Part shown: piece by piece, positions 1 to 7,903 of the stretch
Numbering within the stretch: position 1 is the stretch's first letter
Layout of the letters: every line of letters starts with the position of its first letter
DNA from: Escherichia phage HC12
Length of the DNA: 39,342 bases
Sequence record: OL362275.1
Strand: one strand, 5' to 3'
The notes under the pieces: generated by a model
What the model was told of the DNA's origin: nothing
The model's database searches: none
What the model saw: the letters and a program-made list of their open reading frames with translations, nothing else
Program-made: the position numbers and the translations under genes

Positions 1-208
1 TCTCACAGTTCAAGAACCTCAAGTCTCCCCATAGGCCCTCTTTCAGTCAGACTCAAGGCCCTACCCGTTACTGCTCCTTGCAGTCACAGCCAGTCTATCA
101 TAAGGTTGGACCGATGGTCAAGACGTCAGGTCAACGATAGGTCTAGGCTATGGCTTAGGGAAGGACGATAGGTAGGGACTATTGGTCTTCTTTGAGTCTC
201 TATCTGTA
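1..208. repeat. Left genome terminus; probable copy of the direct terminal repeat
   Basis: Window starts with TCTCACAGT, the left-end sequence of T7-group genomes. No ORFs. Segment ends near TTTGAGTCTCTATCTGT, resembling the T7 terminal-repeat boundary. The second copy is not at the right end of the window, so the length is unverified. Confidence 0.35.
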
Positions 209-345
209 TAACCATAAGTCACAACCATAGGTCACAGCCTACCTCTCACAACCATAAGTCATAACCTACAGTCTCACTAACCTACAGTCTCAACCATAAG
301 ACACCAACACCTACAGTCATAGACCTACAGTTAATAGACACAAGG
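209..345. repeat. Array of about 9 imperfect 13-bp direct repeats (ACCATAAGTCAC / ACCTACAGTC units)
   Basis: Tandem near-repeats visible directly. Position matches the short repeat array next to the T7 terminal repeat (concatemer junction/packaging region). Confidence 0.6.
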
Positions 346-583
346 CTATAGACTTAAGGTCTAAGACATGTTAGTCAAAGACTATATCCTCTTACACCAT
401 GGGGCCGACGATAGCTTAATCAATATTATTTCAAATTACCTATTGACTATAGGTCCAGACTATGGCCTAATAGCTTCCGTCAACACGACACGGCAACAAC
501 CGGATAGTGAAGACGCCGGGTCATCCCGGTTAAGTAGACAGCCTGATAAGTCATACGAACAACAGGCAGATGACAGAAAGTAG

Positions 584-613
584 TTGACAAGATGTACCGA
601 CTTAAAGTAGTAT
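584..613 (+). promoter_or_regulatory. Host sigma70-type early promoter, T7 A3-like
   Basis: TTGACA at 584-589, 18-bp spacer, TAGTAT at 608-613. Flanking sequence (GTACCACAT...CTCTTTAACAATCTGG) parallels the T7 A3 promoter / R0.3 region. Confidence 0.55.
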
Positions 614-738
614 GTACCACATCAACACGAAACAACGGTGACGACCAACACTGAAACGGTCTACCTGAAGTCCTCTGACTGAAGGGAATGCTCTTTAACA
701 ATCTGGATAAACTCTTAATGTGCGCCGATAGCGACTAA

Positions 739-789
739 CTACAGGGCCTTTGAGTCTACATCTGAAGGCCCTGACTGATAGTCACTAAC
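739..789 (+). promoter_or_regulatory. Early intergenic hairpin element, RNase III-type processing site candidate
   Basis: CTACAGGGCCTTT...AAGGCCCTGACTGATAGTCACTAAC: 7-bp inverted repeat GGGCCTT/AAGGCCC followed by the recurrent CTGACTGATAG motif. Lies just upstream of the first early gene. Confidence 0.4.
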
Positions 790-805
790 TTAAAGGATGG
801 ACACT

Positions 806-1051
806 ATGAAACACTTAAGCACAATCACTAATCGCAATGAAGTATTCGTGAACACTAAAGGTTATGCGTGGATTCAGCTTAAAGAGATGACAGGAGCGCG
901 TCACCGTGTGGTAGTGCGCAAGGTATCAAGCAAGCAGTTCAGCAACTACAGCGTCGATACTGTGCGTATAGACAACGAGACATACCTGATAGACTCGCAG
1001 ATAACCGTGAGTCCTACAGTGGGCGTCTCAGCTCCTTATTTCGCTAACTGA
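806..1051 (+). CDS. Hypothetical early protein (first early gene)
   Basis: ORF 797..1051 in the track; AAAGGA Shine-Dalgarno favours the second ATG at 806. No motif recognised. Confidence 0.6.
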   Translation: MKHLSTITNRNEVFVNTKGYAWIQLKEMTGARHRVVVRKVSSKQFSNYSVDTVRIDNETYLIDSQITVSPTVGVSAPYFAN

Positions 1052-1061
1052 GAGTGATTAA

Positions 1062-1106
1062 CTACAGGTCGTTAGACTGATAGCGGCCTGACTGATAGTC
1101 ACTAAC
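1062..1106 (+). promoter_or_regulatory. Early intergenic hairpin element, RNase III-type processing site candidate
   Basis: CTACAGGTCGTTAGACTGATAGCGGCCTGACTGATAGTCACTAAC, second copy of the CTACAGG...GGCCTGACTGATAG...TAAC element, immediately upstream of the ocr-like gene. Confidence 0.4.
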
Positions 1107-1134
1107 ACATAATTAACTTTGAGAGGATATAACT

Positions 1135-1641
1135 ATGGAACGTAATGCTAACGCATACTATGAGCTGCTGGCTGCAACCGTTGAGGCATTTATCGAGCGT
1201 ATTCAGTACGACCACCTGACTCAAGATGACGACTACAGCACTGCGCTGCATGAGGTCGTAGACGGTCAGGTTCCACACTATTACCACGAGATTTTTACGG
1301 TGATGGCTGCTGATGGTATAGACAACGAGTTCGAAGACTCTTGGATGATACCTGAAACCAAGGACGTAACGCGTATCCTACAAGCTCGCATCTATGAGGC
1401 GCTTTATAACGATGTGTCTAATAGCTTGGATGTAGTCTGGTTTGAGGATGAAGAGGCAGACGAAGAGGATGAATATTGGGTAGTTGACGCTAAAACAGGC
1501 GCAATAATCATGCAAGCTGTAGCTCTTGAGGTCGCTACTGCATGTGCCAAGGTTAACTATGCGGCAGGTCGCCACCTGAAGGTGGAAGACATCAATGATA
1601 ACGTAGTGTTCGACCCTGCGGCTGAGGACTGCGAGCGATGA
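1135..1641 (+). CDS. ocr: Ocr-like DNA-mimic anti-restriction protein (gene 0.3 homolog) with C-terminal extension
   Basis: Strongly acidic. Core [45 protein letters not shown] aligns closely with T7 Ocr ([45 protein letters not shown]). Good RBS GAGAGGA. 168 aa versus 117 aa in T7. Confidence 0.85.
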   Translation: [168 protein letters not shown]

Positions 1642-1787
1642 TAACTTACGGTTTATGCCAGCACCACGTCACTAACGCCCGGCTTATGGTCAAGACCGGG
1701 CAGTTAAACCACGATGCGACTATGCGTCACCTGAAAGCGGTCTACGAGGGCCGCAAGCGTATACACGACAGTTTACACGCTAAGTGA
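1638..1787 (+). CDS. Hypothetical small protein (49 aa), start coupled to the ocr stop (ATGA overlap)
   Basis: Hand-translated ORF MITYGLCQHHVTNARLMVKTGQLNHDATMRHLKAVYEGRKRIHDSLHAK. Absent from the track (under 60 aa). No independent RBS. Confidence 0.3.
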   Translation: MITYGLCQHHVTNARLMVKTGQLNHDATMRHLKAVYEGRKRIHDSLHAK

Positions 1788-1791
1788 CAGA

Positions 1792-1835
1792 CTACAGGTC
1801 ATCAATGCTGGTGGCCTGACTGATAGGCATTAACA
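1792..1835 (+). promoter_or_regulatory. Early intergenic hairpin element, RNase III-type processing site candidate
   Basis: CTACAGGTCATCAATGCTGGTGGCCTGACTGATAGGCATTAAC, third copy of the element; AGGTCAT...TGGCCT imperfect stem. Confidence 0.4.
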
Positions 1836-1850
1836 ACTGAGAGGGAAGAT

Positions 1851-2078
1851 ATGAACACAATCACTGGTGCCATAACCAAAGGTTTTCGAGCAATTTTCGG
1901 TGAAACGCAAGAAGTATGCACCAATCATAAATTCGTACTTTCTTGCGTAGCAGGTGACGAGTTTGACGGGTTCGATAAACTGGTGGTTTGCGACCATTGC
2001 GGACAAGAGGCTATCCAACACTCAAACGGTAAATTTGAATTAATAGACGATAGCCTTACAGAAGGAGACGGCGAGTAA
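1851..2078 (+). CDS. Hypothetical early protein with four cysteines (possible zinc ribbon)
   Basis: RBS GAGAGGGAAG then ATG. 75 aa with C23, C32, C47, C50 (VVCDHCGQ). Confidence 0.65.
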   Translation: MNTITGAITKGFRAIFGETQEVCTNHKFVLSCVAGDEFDGFDKLVVCDHCGQEAIQHSNGKFELIDDSLTEGDGE

Positions 2079-2210
2079 CCTACATAAACAGGAGAGAACC
2101 AAATCATAGCTTGACCATAACACTGACGTGATGGTACTGAGTGATAGACGAGAGGTCATCGACTGATAGGTGGCCTCAAAGATTACCACTTACATTGATA
2201 GGAGTTAACT

Positions 2211-2315
2211 ATGAGCACTGCAATCATCTGGACTATCTCAGGCTTCGTAGCGTGGGGAATGTTTACTCTAGTCTGCAAACTACCGGTCCTTACTCAACTG
2301 TTATGGGGCTTATGA
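2211..2315 (+). CDS. Hypothetical small hydrophobic peptide (34 aa)
   Basis: GGAG RBS 7 nt upstream of ATG. Hand translation MSTAIIWTISGFVAWGMFTLVCKLPVLTQLLWGL. Its stop overlaps the next start as ATGA. Confidence 0.4.
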   Translation: MSTAIIWTISGFVAWGMFTLVCKLPVLTQLLWGL

Positions 2316-2515
2316 CTGTGAGTATCGCACTATTGATAGCCATAGGCTATGGACTTATCGCCTACGTGCTGGTGAGAGACATCAACAAAGCGCGTAAAGT
2401 CTACAAATTCAACTATGTACGTCTGGGTAGCTGGACTGTACGTCAACCTAACGGACGATTCATGCGTAACTTAGCGAACGTCTGGGATATAGCAACACTT
2501 GGGAGCAAACTGTAA
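2312..2515 (+). CDS. Hypothetical early membrane protein (one predicted TM helix)
   Basis: In-frame part of track ORF 2141..2515, which begins with GTG inside the upstream element. ATG at 2312 overlaps the preceding stop. Hydrophobic N-terminus MTVSIALLIAIGYGLIAYVLV. Confidence 0.5.
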   Translation: MTVSIALLIAIGYGLIAYVLVRDINKARKVYKFNYVRLGSWTVRQPNGRFMRNLANVWDIATLGSKL

Positions 2516-2841
2516 TGAACAAGTCATACGGGATTAATCTGGTACACTCTATGGACGCAGACATGCAAATGTTAAGCCTACTGGCTACCGGGTATCGTCA
2601 CGGAACGTCAAGTCACTCCGCACGTCAACAGCAGGAGCGGGACCGGGTACTGCAAGCAAGACTCCGGGCTGAGGGCCATATATACGAACTGATGAGTCTG
2701 GCGTATGGTGGACGACCAATCACTGACGATGGTAAACTTTTAGTCTCAGGCTGGAAGGCGATAGACCAACGGTCAACCATCAAGCACACGACTCATGGTG
2801 ACTTCAGTCATCTTCACGCTAACCCACTGATATGCAAGTGA
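2515..2841 (+). CDS. Hypothetical early protein (108 aa), sits where the gene 0.7 kinase lies in T7
   Basis: ATG overlaps the previous stop (TAATG). No kinase motifs seen. Last ORF before the RNA polymerase gene. Confidence 0.6.
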   Translation: MNKSYGINLVHSMDADMQMLSLLATGYRHGTSSHSARQQQERDRVLQARLRAEGHIYELMSLAYGGRPITDDGKLLVSGWKAIDQRSTIKHTTHGDFSHLHANPLICK

Positions 2842-2846
2842 TTCTG

Positions 2847-2869
2847 ACTTAACTATCACTATAGGACTC
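2847..2869 (+). promoter_or_regulatory. Phage RNA polymerase promoter (ACTTAACTATCACTATAGGACTC) upstream of gene 1
   Basis: Matches the 11-copy phage promoter family (CACTATAGG core, +1 G at 2864). Confidence 0.65.
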
Positions 2870-2938
2870 AAGGTCTAAGACTCCAAGTGAAAGACCAAAG
2901 AGACTCTAAGTGAAAGACTAATAACAAGGACTTTAAGT

Positions 2939-5620
2939 ATGAGCGTCATCTCTATTGACAAGCACGACTTCTCTGATGTGTCGAACGCCATTGAGCCGTT
3001 TAACCTACTGGCTGACCACTACGGGCAAGACCTTGCAGTCAAACAGCTTCAGCTTGAGCACGAGGCATACACTGAAGGCGAGCGACGTTTCATCAAGAAC
3101 CTTGAGAGACAGACTGAGCGAGGGGAACTGGCAGACAATCAGGTCGCCAAGCCTTTGATGCAGACTCTGGTCCCTAAGATTGCGCAAGCCGTCATGGAGT
3201 GGCACGAAGGCCTAGACGGGAAGCTGTCAACCTCGCGTCCTAGTGTAGCGTTCACCATGTTGAGCACTGAAGAGAAGGCCGTAAAGGACCGCTCTATGCG
3301 CATCTCCTGTGAGTCCGCTGCGGTTATCATACTGAAGGTCATACTCTCCAAGCTGGTCAAGCCTGAAGGGATACCGATTACACCGATGGCCTCCGCGATA
3401 GGTCGCACACTTGAGGACGAAATCCGCTTCGGTCGCATCCGTGACAAGGAGAAAGAGCACTTCAAGAAGGCGATAGCTGATAACCTGAATAAGCGGACCG
3501 GGGCGTCATACAAGAAAGCCTACATGCAAGCGGTCGAGGCGTCCATGCTGGAGCAAGGCCAACTGGAAGATGCGTGGGGGACTTGGAGTCCTACAGAGGC
3601 TGTCCACGTTGGCATCAAGATGCTCGAGATTGTCATCCAGTCAACACAACTGGTCGAGCTTAAGCGGTACGGTGCTGGCAATGCAGCGGCTGATGTAGAG
3701 ATGGTCCACCTGTCAGACTTCTGGGTCAAGAAGATGGCACAACGAGGATTCAGCCTTGCGGGTATAGCTCCAGTCTACCAGCCTTGCGTCGTTCCACCTA
3801 AGCCGTGGACTGGTGTCGTAGGCGGTGGGTACTGGGCCAAAGGACGCAGACCATTACCACTGATTCGCTTAGGGTCTAAGTCTGCGGTAGCACGCTACGA
3901 AGACGTGTATATGCCTGAAGTCTATGACGCTGTGAACATCATTCAGAATACACCTTGGAAAGTGAACAAGAAGGTTCTGGAAGTGGTGAACATGGTCGAG
4001 AAGCTGAACAACACGCCTATTGATGACATCCCTCAGATGGAACCGCTGAAGCCTGAGGACTATGCGGGTGAGACTGAAGAAGAACTCAAGGCATGGAAGA
4101 AGGCTGCTGCTGGTATCTATCGCCGCGAGAAGGCCAGACAGTCACGAAGATTATCACTGAGCTTTATCGTTAACCAAGCAAACAAGTTCTCTCAGTTCAA
4201 GGCCATCTGGTTCCCGTACAACATGGATTGGCGAGGTCGTGTCTACGCTGTCCCGATGTTCAACCCTCAGGGTAACGACATGCAGAAGGGCCTCCTGACT
4301 CTGGCAGTCGGCAAGCCTATTGGTGCTGACGGTTTCAAATGGCTGAAGGTCCACGGTGCAAACTGTGCGGGTGTCGATAAAGTCACCTTCGATGAGCGCA
4401 TCAAGTGGGTGGAAGACAACCACGAAAACATCATGGCTGCTGCTAAGGCACCGATGGATAGTATTGAGTGGTGGGGCAAGTTAGACTCTCCGTTCTGTTT
4501 CCTTGCGTTCTGCTTCGAGTATGCTGGCGTAATGCACCACGGCCTGTCTTACTCTTGTTCGCTACCGATAGCGTTCGATGGGTCCTGCTCTGGGATTCAG
4601 CACTTCAGCGCGATGCTTCGTGACCACATCGGTGGACATGCAGTAAACCTGACGCCATCCGGTAAGGTCCAAGACATCTACCGCATCGTGTCTGACAGCA
4701 TTGAGGAGGAGCTTAAAGTCCTGCTGATTAACGGCACTAACAACGAGATGGTCACTCACGAGGATAAGAAAACTGGTGAGATTACCGAACGTATCAAGCT
4801 GGGGACACGAGAGCTGGCCCGTCAGTGGCTGACATACGGTATGTCACGCAAGGTCACTAAGCGTTCAGTCATGACTCTGGCATACGGGTCGAAAGAGTAC
4901 GGCTTCGCAGACCAAGTTTACGAGGACATCGTGATGCCAGCGATTGACTCAGGGTCTGGCGCTATGTTCACTGAACCAAGCCAAGCGTCTCGCTTCATGG
5001 CTAAGATGATTTGGGAAGCTGTGAGTGTGACCGTAGTTGCTGCGGTTGACGCGATGAAATGGCTTCAGGGTGCTGCCAAGCTGCTTGCTGCTGAAGTGAA
5101 GGACAAGAAGACTGGCGAAATCCTGAAGCCATGCCTTCCGGTACACTGGGTAACACCTGATGGTTTCCCTGTCTGGCAGGAATACCGCAAGAAGGATACC
5201 ACTCGTCTGAACCTGATGTTCTTAGGGTCATTCAACATTCAGCCTACCGTCAACAGAGGTACGAAGAAAGAGCTGGACAAGCACAAGCAGGAGTCAGGCA
5301 TTAGCCCTAACTTCGTCCACTCACAAGATGGTAGCCACCTGCGGAAGACTGTAGTCCACACTCACCGCAAGTATGGCGTGATGTCATTCGCAGTGATTCA
5401 CGATAGCTTCGGGACCATACCTGCTGACGCTGAGTATCTGTTCCGTGGTGTCCGTGAGACGATGGTCGAGACATACCGCGATAACGATGTGCTGCTTGAC
5501 TTCTACGAGCAGTTTGAATACCAGCTTCATGAAAGTCAGCGCGACAAGTTGCCTGAGCTTCCGAAGAAAGGTAAACTGAATATCGAAGACATCTTGTCTT
5601 CAGACTTTGCATTCGCTTAA
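2939..5620 (+). CDS. 1: DNA-directed RNA polymerase, single-subunit T7-type
   Basis: 893 aa, colinear with T7 RNAP. Conserved blocks WFPYNMDWRGRVYAV, FDGSCSGIQHFSAMLRD, HDSFGT and C-terminal DFAFA. Specificity-loop region reads RLNLMFLGSFNIQPT. Confidence 0.97.
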   Translation: MSVISIDKHDFSDVSNAIEPFNLLADHYGQDLAVKQLQLEHEAYTEGERRFIKNLERQTERGELADNQVAKPLMQTLVPKIAQAVMEWHEGLDGKLSTSRPSVAFTMLSTEEKAVKDRSMRISCESAAVIILKVILSKLVKPEGIPITPMASAIGRTLEDEIRFGRIRDKEKEHFKKAIADNLNKRTGASYKKAYMQAVEASMLEQGQLEDAWGTWSPTEAVHVGIKMLEIVIQSTQLVELKRYGAGNAAADVEMVHLSDFWVKKMAQRGFSLAGIAPVYQPCVVPPKPWTGVVGGGYWAKGRRPLPLIRLGSKSAVARYEDVYMPEVYDAVNIIQNTPWKVNKKVLEVVNMVEKLNNTPIDDIPQMEPLKPEDYAGETEEELKAWKKAAAGIYRREKARQSRRLSLSFIVNQANKFSQFKAIWFPYNMDWRGRVYAVPMFNPQGNDMQKGLLTLAVGKPIGADGFKWLKVHGANCAGVDKVTFDERIKWVEDNHENIMAAAKAPMDSIEWWGKLDSPFCFLAFCFEYAGVMHHGLSYSCSLPIAFDGSCSGIQHFSAMLRDHIGGHAVNLTPSGKVQDIYRIVSDSIEEELKVLLINGTNNEMVTHEDKKTGEITERIKLGTRELARQWLTYGMSRKVTKRSVMTLAYGSKEYGFADQVYEDIVMPAIDSGSGAMFTEPSQASRFMAKMIWEAVSVTVVAAVDAMKWLQGAAKLLAAEVKDKKTGEILKPCLPVHWVTPDGFPVWQEYRKKDTTRLNLMFLGSFNIQPTVNRGTKKELDKHKQESGISPNFVHSQDGSHLRKTVVHTHRKYGVMSFAVIHDSFGTIPADAEYLFRGVRETMVETYRDNDVLLDFYEQFEYQLHESQRDKLPELPKKGKLNIEDILSSDFAFA

Positions 5621-5635
5621 CAGGAGGAGAAGTAT

Positions 5636-5866
5636 ATGTCAATGAAACTTGTAGCACACAACAGGACATACAACGATGGGTCGGGACGTTGCCATGTAGA
5701 GCTGACTTATAAGGATTTAGTCATTCTCCGAGACAGATTACAAGCGGGTGTGACTGGATGGATTCAACCTAACGAGTACAACCTTATAGCTTCGATTGAT
5801 GAAGTGCTTAACGCGTGGATGGAAGACGAGCGCATTCAGTATCCGTCATTCCCTCTAATTAGATAA
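5636..5866 (+). CDS. Hypothetical protein
   Basis: RBS AGGAGGAG then ATG. 76 aa ORF between RNAP and the phi1.1-type promoter. Confidence 0.6.
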   Translation: MSMKLVAHNRTYNDGSGRCHVELTYKDLVILRDRLQAGVTGWIQPNEYNLIASIDEVLNAWMEDERIQYPSFPLIR

Positions 5867-5876
5867 GGAGAGAGTT

Positions 5877-6092
5877 ATGAAATTTGCACACAAGCATACT
5901 GGCGTTAATGGTGGGACTCAAATCGTGACCGTAACAGAACACAACGGCAAGGGTCTGGTGAAGACCACGGTCATCCCTACAGAGATGTCCAAGCAGCTTA
6001 ACATCCCGTTCAAGACTCTTGTATATCTGGTCGAGTCCAGCCACGAGAAGTACCTGAAGGACGCAGTGTCCAAGCTGGGGAAGGACAAATGA
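5877..6092 (+). CDS. Hypothetical protein
   Basis: RBS AAGGAGAGAG then ATG. 71 aa ORF. Confidence 0.6.
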   Translation: MKFAHKHTGVNGGTQIVTVTEHNGKGLVKTTVIPTEMSKQLNIPFKTLVYLVESSHEKYLKDAVSKLGKDK

Positions 6093-6166
6093 CAGACATA
6101 CAGTTACTGGCCCTGTGGCTGGGAGCACTCGCAGTATTCACTTTAATCCAACGCAGAAGAGGTTAA
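6089..6166 (+). CDS. Hypothetical small hydrophobic peptide (25 aa), ATGA-coupled to the preceding gene
   Basis: Hand translation MTDIQLLALWLGALAVFTLIQRRRG. Very short, no independent RBS. Confidence 0.25.
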   Translation: MTDIQLLALWLGALAVFTLIQRRRG

Positions 6167-6167
6167 C

Positions 6168-6190
6168 CCTAAACTATCACTATAGGATTA
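6168..6190 (+). promoter_or_regulatory. Phage RNA polymerase promoter (phi1.1-like)
   Basis: CCTAAACTATCACTATAGGATTA, promoter family member, +1 G at 6185. Confidence 0.7.
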
Positions 6191-6232
6191 GACTCAAGGT
6201 CATGACTCAAAGTCGTGGCCTTCATGATTAAC
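6188..6232 (+). promoter_or_regulatory. RNase III-type processing hairpin (R1.1-like)
   Basis: TTAGACTCAAGGTCATGACTCAAAGTCGTGGCCTTCATGATTAA. Same conserved element recurs at 13046 and 36348, at the positions of T7 sites R1.1, R4.7 and R18.5. Confidence 0.55.
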
Positions 6233-6263
6233 CCTAAATAAACACTACTGGAGATTTAACCGT

Positions 6264-6443
6264 ATGTATCAGAACACTATCAACTTCGAGCGCATCCGTG
6301 AACGTCAGCAGACTGAAGGTTACATCCCTAAGGGCCGCAAGCTAAACAAGACCAAGCGTGGCGGTGGTGTCAAGGGTGCTTTCCGTAACGCTGAAGGCAA
6401 AGACTCTATGGTCAACCAAGAGAAGTATTTCGTAGGAGCGTAA
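6264..6443 (+). CDS. 1.1: gp1.1-like small basic protein
   Basis: Hand-translated 59-aa ORF MYQNTINFERIRERQQTEGYIPKGRKLNKTKRGGGVKGAF...; contains GRKLNKTKR as in T7 gp1.1. Absent from the track (under 60 aa). Confidence 0.65.
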   Translation: MYQNTINFERIRERQQTEGYIPKGRKLNKTKRGGGVKGAFRNAEGKDSMVNQEKYFVGA

Positions 6444-6446
6444 GAC

Positions 6447-6698
6447 ATGAGCAGACGTTGGGTATTCGATGCGTCAACCAGCCAGTGGTCATCGTTAGGC
6501 CGGACACACCGCGAGCTGAGTGAGGCAGGACTTGAGGTCAGAATGGATGTCCTGCCGTGCTCCGGAAAGACTCTGGTCCTAATCATTGAAGCAGACGGTT
6601 GGAGGATTCTGGTATCCCGCGAATTTACCAAAGATGAAATCTTTAGCTGTGAGCAATGGTGCTTACAACAATTGAACGCTTATAGGAGCTGGAAATAA
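6447..6698 (+). CDS. 1.2: gp1.2-like protein (in T7 an inhibitor of host dGTP triphosphohydrolase)
   Basis: RBS AGGAG. 83 aa. Immediately precedes ligase as in T7. Sequence similarity to T7 gp1.2 is only loose; the call rests mainly on position. Confidence 0.6.
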   Translation: MSRRWVFDASTSQWSSLGRTHRELSEAGLEVRMDVLPCSGKTLVLIIEADGWRILVSREFTKDEIFSCEQWCLQQLNAYRSWK

Positions 6699-7771
6699 TG
6701 ACAACTATTAAAACTAACCCGCACCGCGCTGTAGATTACTCTGAGTCAGGAGTTACGAAAGCACTGGCAGCAGCCGGGTCGCTGGAAGCTGAAGTGAAGT
6801 ATGATGGTGTGCGGCTGAACCTCCCGGTCTTCCCTACTGGTGAGACACAATGGTTGAGCCGTGAGTCTAAACCTCTCCCAGCCCTTGAGTGGCTGTCAGT
6901 CCTTACCAACATCGACAACATCGTCAGGGACCAGCAAAAAGCTAGCGACTGGCGGTGGTTCCTGAAGCAGGCTGGCTACGAAGGCACTGGCCTGATGATT
7001 GACGGTGAGGTCATGGTAAAAGGAGTGGACTTCAATACGTCTTCAGGTCTAGTCCGTACCATGTGGTCAGACACTAAGAACTACGCTTGGAATGGCAACC
7101 CAGATGCTGACATCGACACCAAGAAGAAGCATAAGGTCCCTTTCCATCTGGCAACCGACTACATACGCGTGGTTGTCTACGGTATCGTGGACCTTAACGT
7201 CATCCTTGACCCGAAATCCGAAGGTCCTATTCATAGCGTCACACGCCTGAAGGCCGAAGCTATCGTCCCTCTCCTCCAGAAATACTTCCCGGAAATCGAC
7301 TGGGTTCTGTCTGAGTCACACACGGTCTATGACCTTGAGTCGCTCAACTCCCTGTACGAACAGAAGCGTCTGGAAGGACACGAGGGTCTGGTAGTCAAGG
7401 ACCCGCTTGGTAAATACAAGCGAGGCAAGAAGTCTGGCATGTGGAAAATGAAGCCTGAGGAGACCATCGACGGGACCGTGTGTGGCCTCGTGTGGGGGAC
7501 TCCGGGTAAGGCCAACGAAGGTAAGGTGATTGGCTTTGAGGTTCTGCTTGAGGATGGCATGGTGGTTAACGCCTGTGGTCTGACTGAAGAACAGAAGGAT
7601 GAGTTTACGGAAGCCTGTAACACTGATACATATATTCTCGGTGGAATCAATCCATACGAAGGCTGGCAGTGTGAAGTCCTCTTCATGGAGCGCTTCCCTG
7701 ATGGTTCCCTTCGTCACCCTAGCTTCAAGTGCTGGCGCGGGACGGAAGACAATCCAACCGTTAAGAGTTAA
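6698..7771 (+). CDS. 1.3: ATP-dependent DNA ligase
   Basis: 357 aa. Active-site KYDG (AEVKYDGVR), plus EGHEGLVVKDP and KRGKKSGMWKMKPE aligning with T7 ligase. Confidence 0.95.
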   Translation: MTTIKTNPHRAVDYSESGVTKALAAAGSLEAEVKYDGVRLNLPVFPTGETQWLSRESKPLPALEWLSVLTNIDNIVRDQQKASDWRWFLKQAGYEGTGLMIDGEVMVKGVDFNTSSGLVRTMWSDTKNYAWNGNPDADIDTKKKHKVPFHLATDYIRVVVYGIVDLNVILDPKSEGPIHSVTRLKAEAIVPLLQKYFPEIDWVLSESHTVYDLESLNSLYEQKRLEGHEGLVVKDPLGKYKRGKKSGMWKMKPEETIDGTVCGLVWGTPGKANEGKVIGFEVLLEDGMVVNACGLTEEQKDEFTEACNTDTYILGGINPYEGWQCEVLFMERFPDGSLRHPSFKCWRGTEDNPTVKS

Positions 7772-7854
7772 CTAAATGTCAACCCAGTGGTCTTCGGACT
7801 GCTGGGTTTCTTTGCTTTGTGCTAGAAAGCTATCGTCTGGGCCACCAGCATGAC

Positions 7855-7877
7855 ACTAAGCTATCACTATAGGAAAA
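7855..7877 (+). promoter_or_regulatory. Phage RNA polymerase promoter
   Basis: CACTAAGCTATCACTATAGGAAA, +1 G at 7872. Confidence 0.65.
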
Positions 7878-7903
7878 CCATAACTCGACCTAAGGAGGCC
7901 GAT

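Noticed and set aside
368-583. 71-aa + strand ORF in the left-end control region
   Set aside because: Lies upstream of the early promoter in the region that is non-coding in T7-group genomes, has no RBS, and overlaps the promoter-like sequence. Judged a chance ORF.
3139-3513. Minus-strand ORFs inside the RNA polymerase gene (also 4154-4423, 5307-5669)
   Set aside because: Antisense to a fully colinear T7-type RNAP gene. Chance ORFs.
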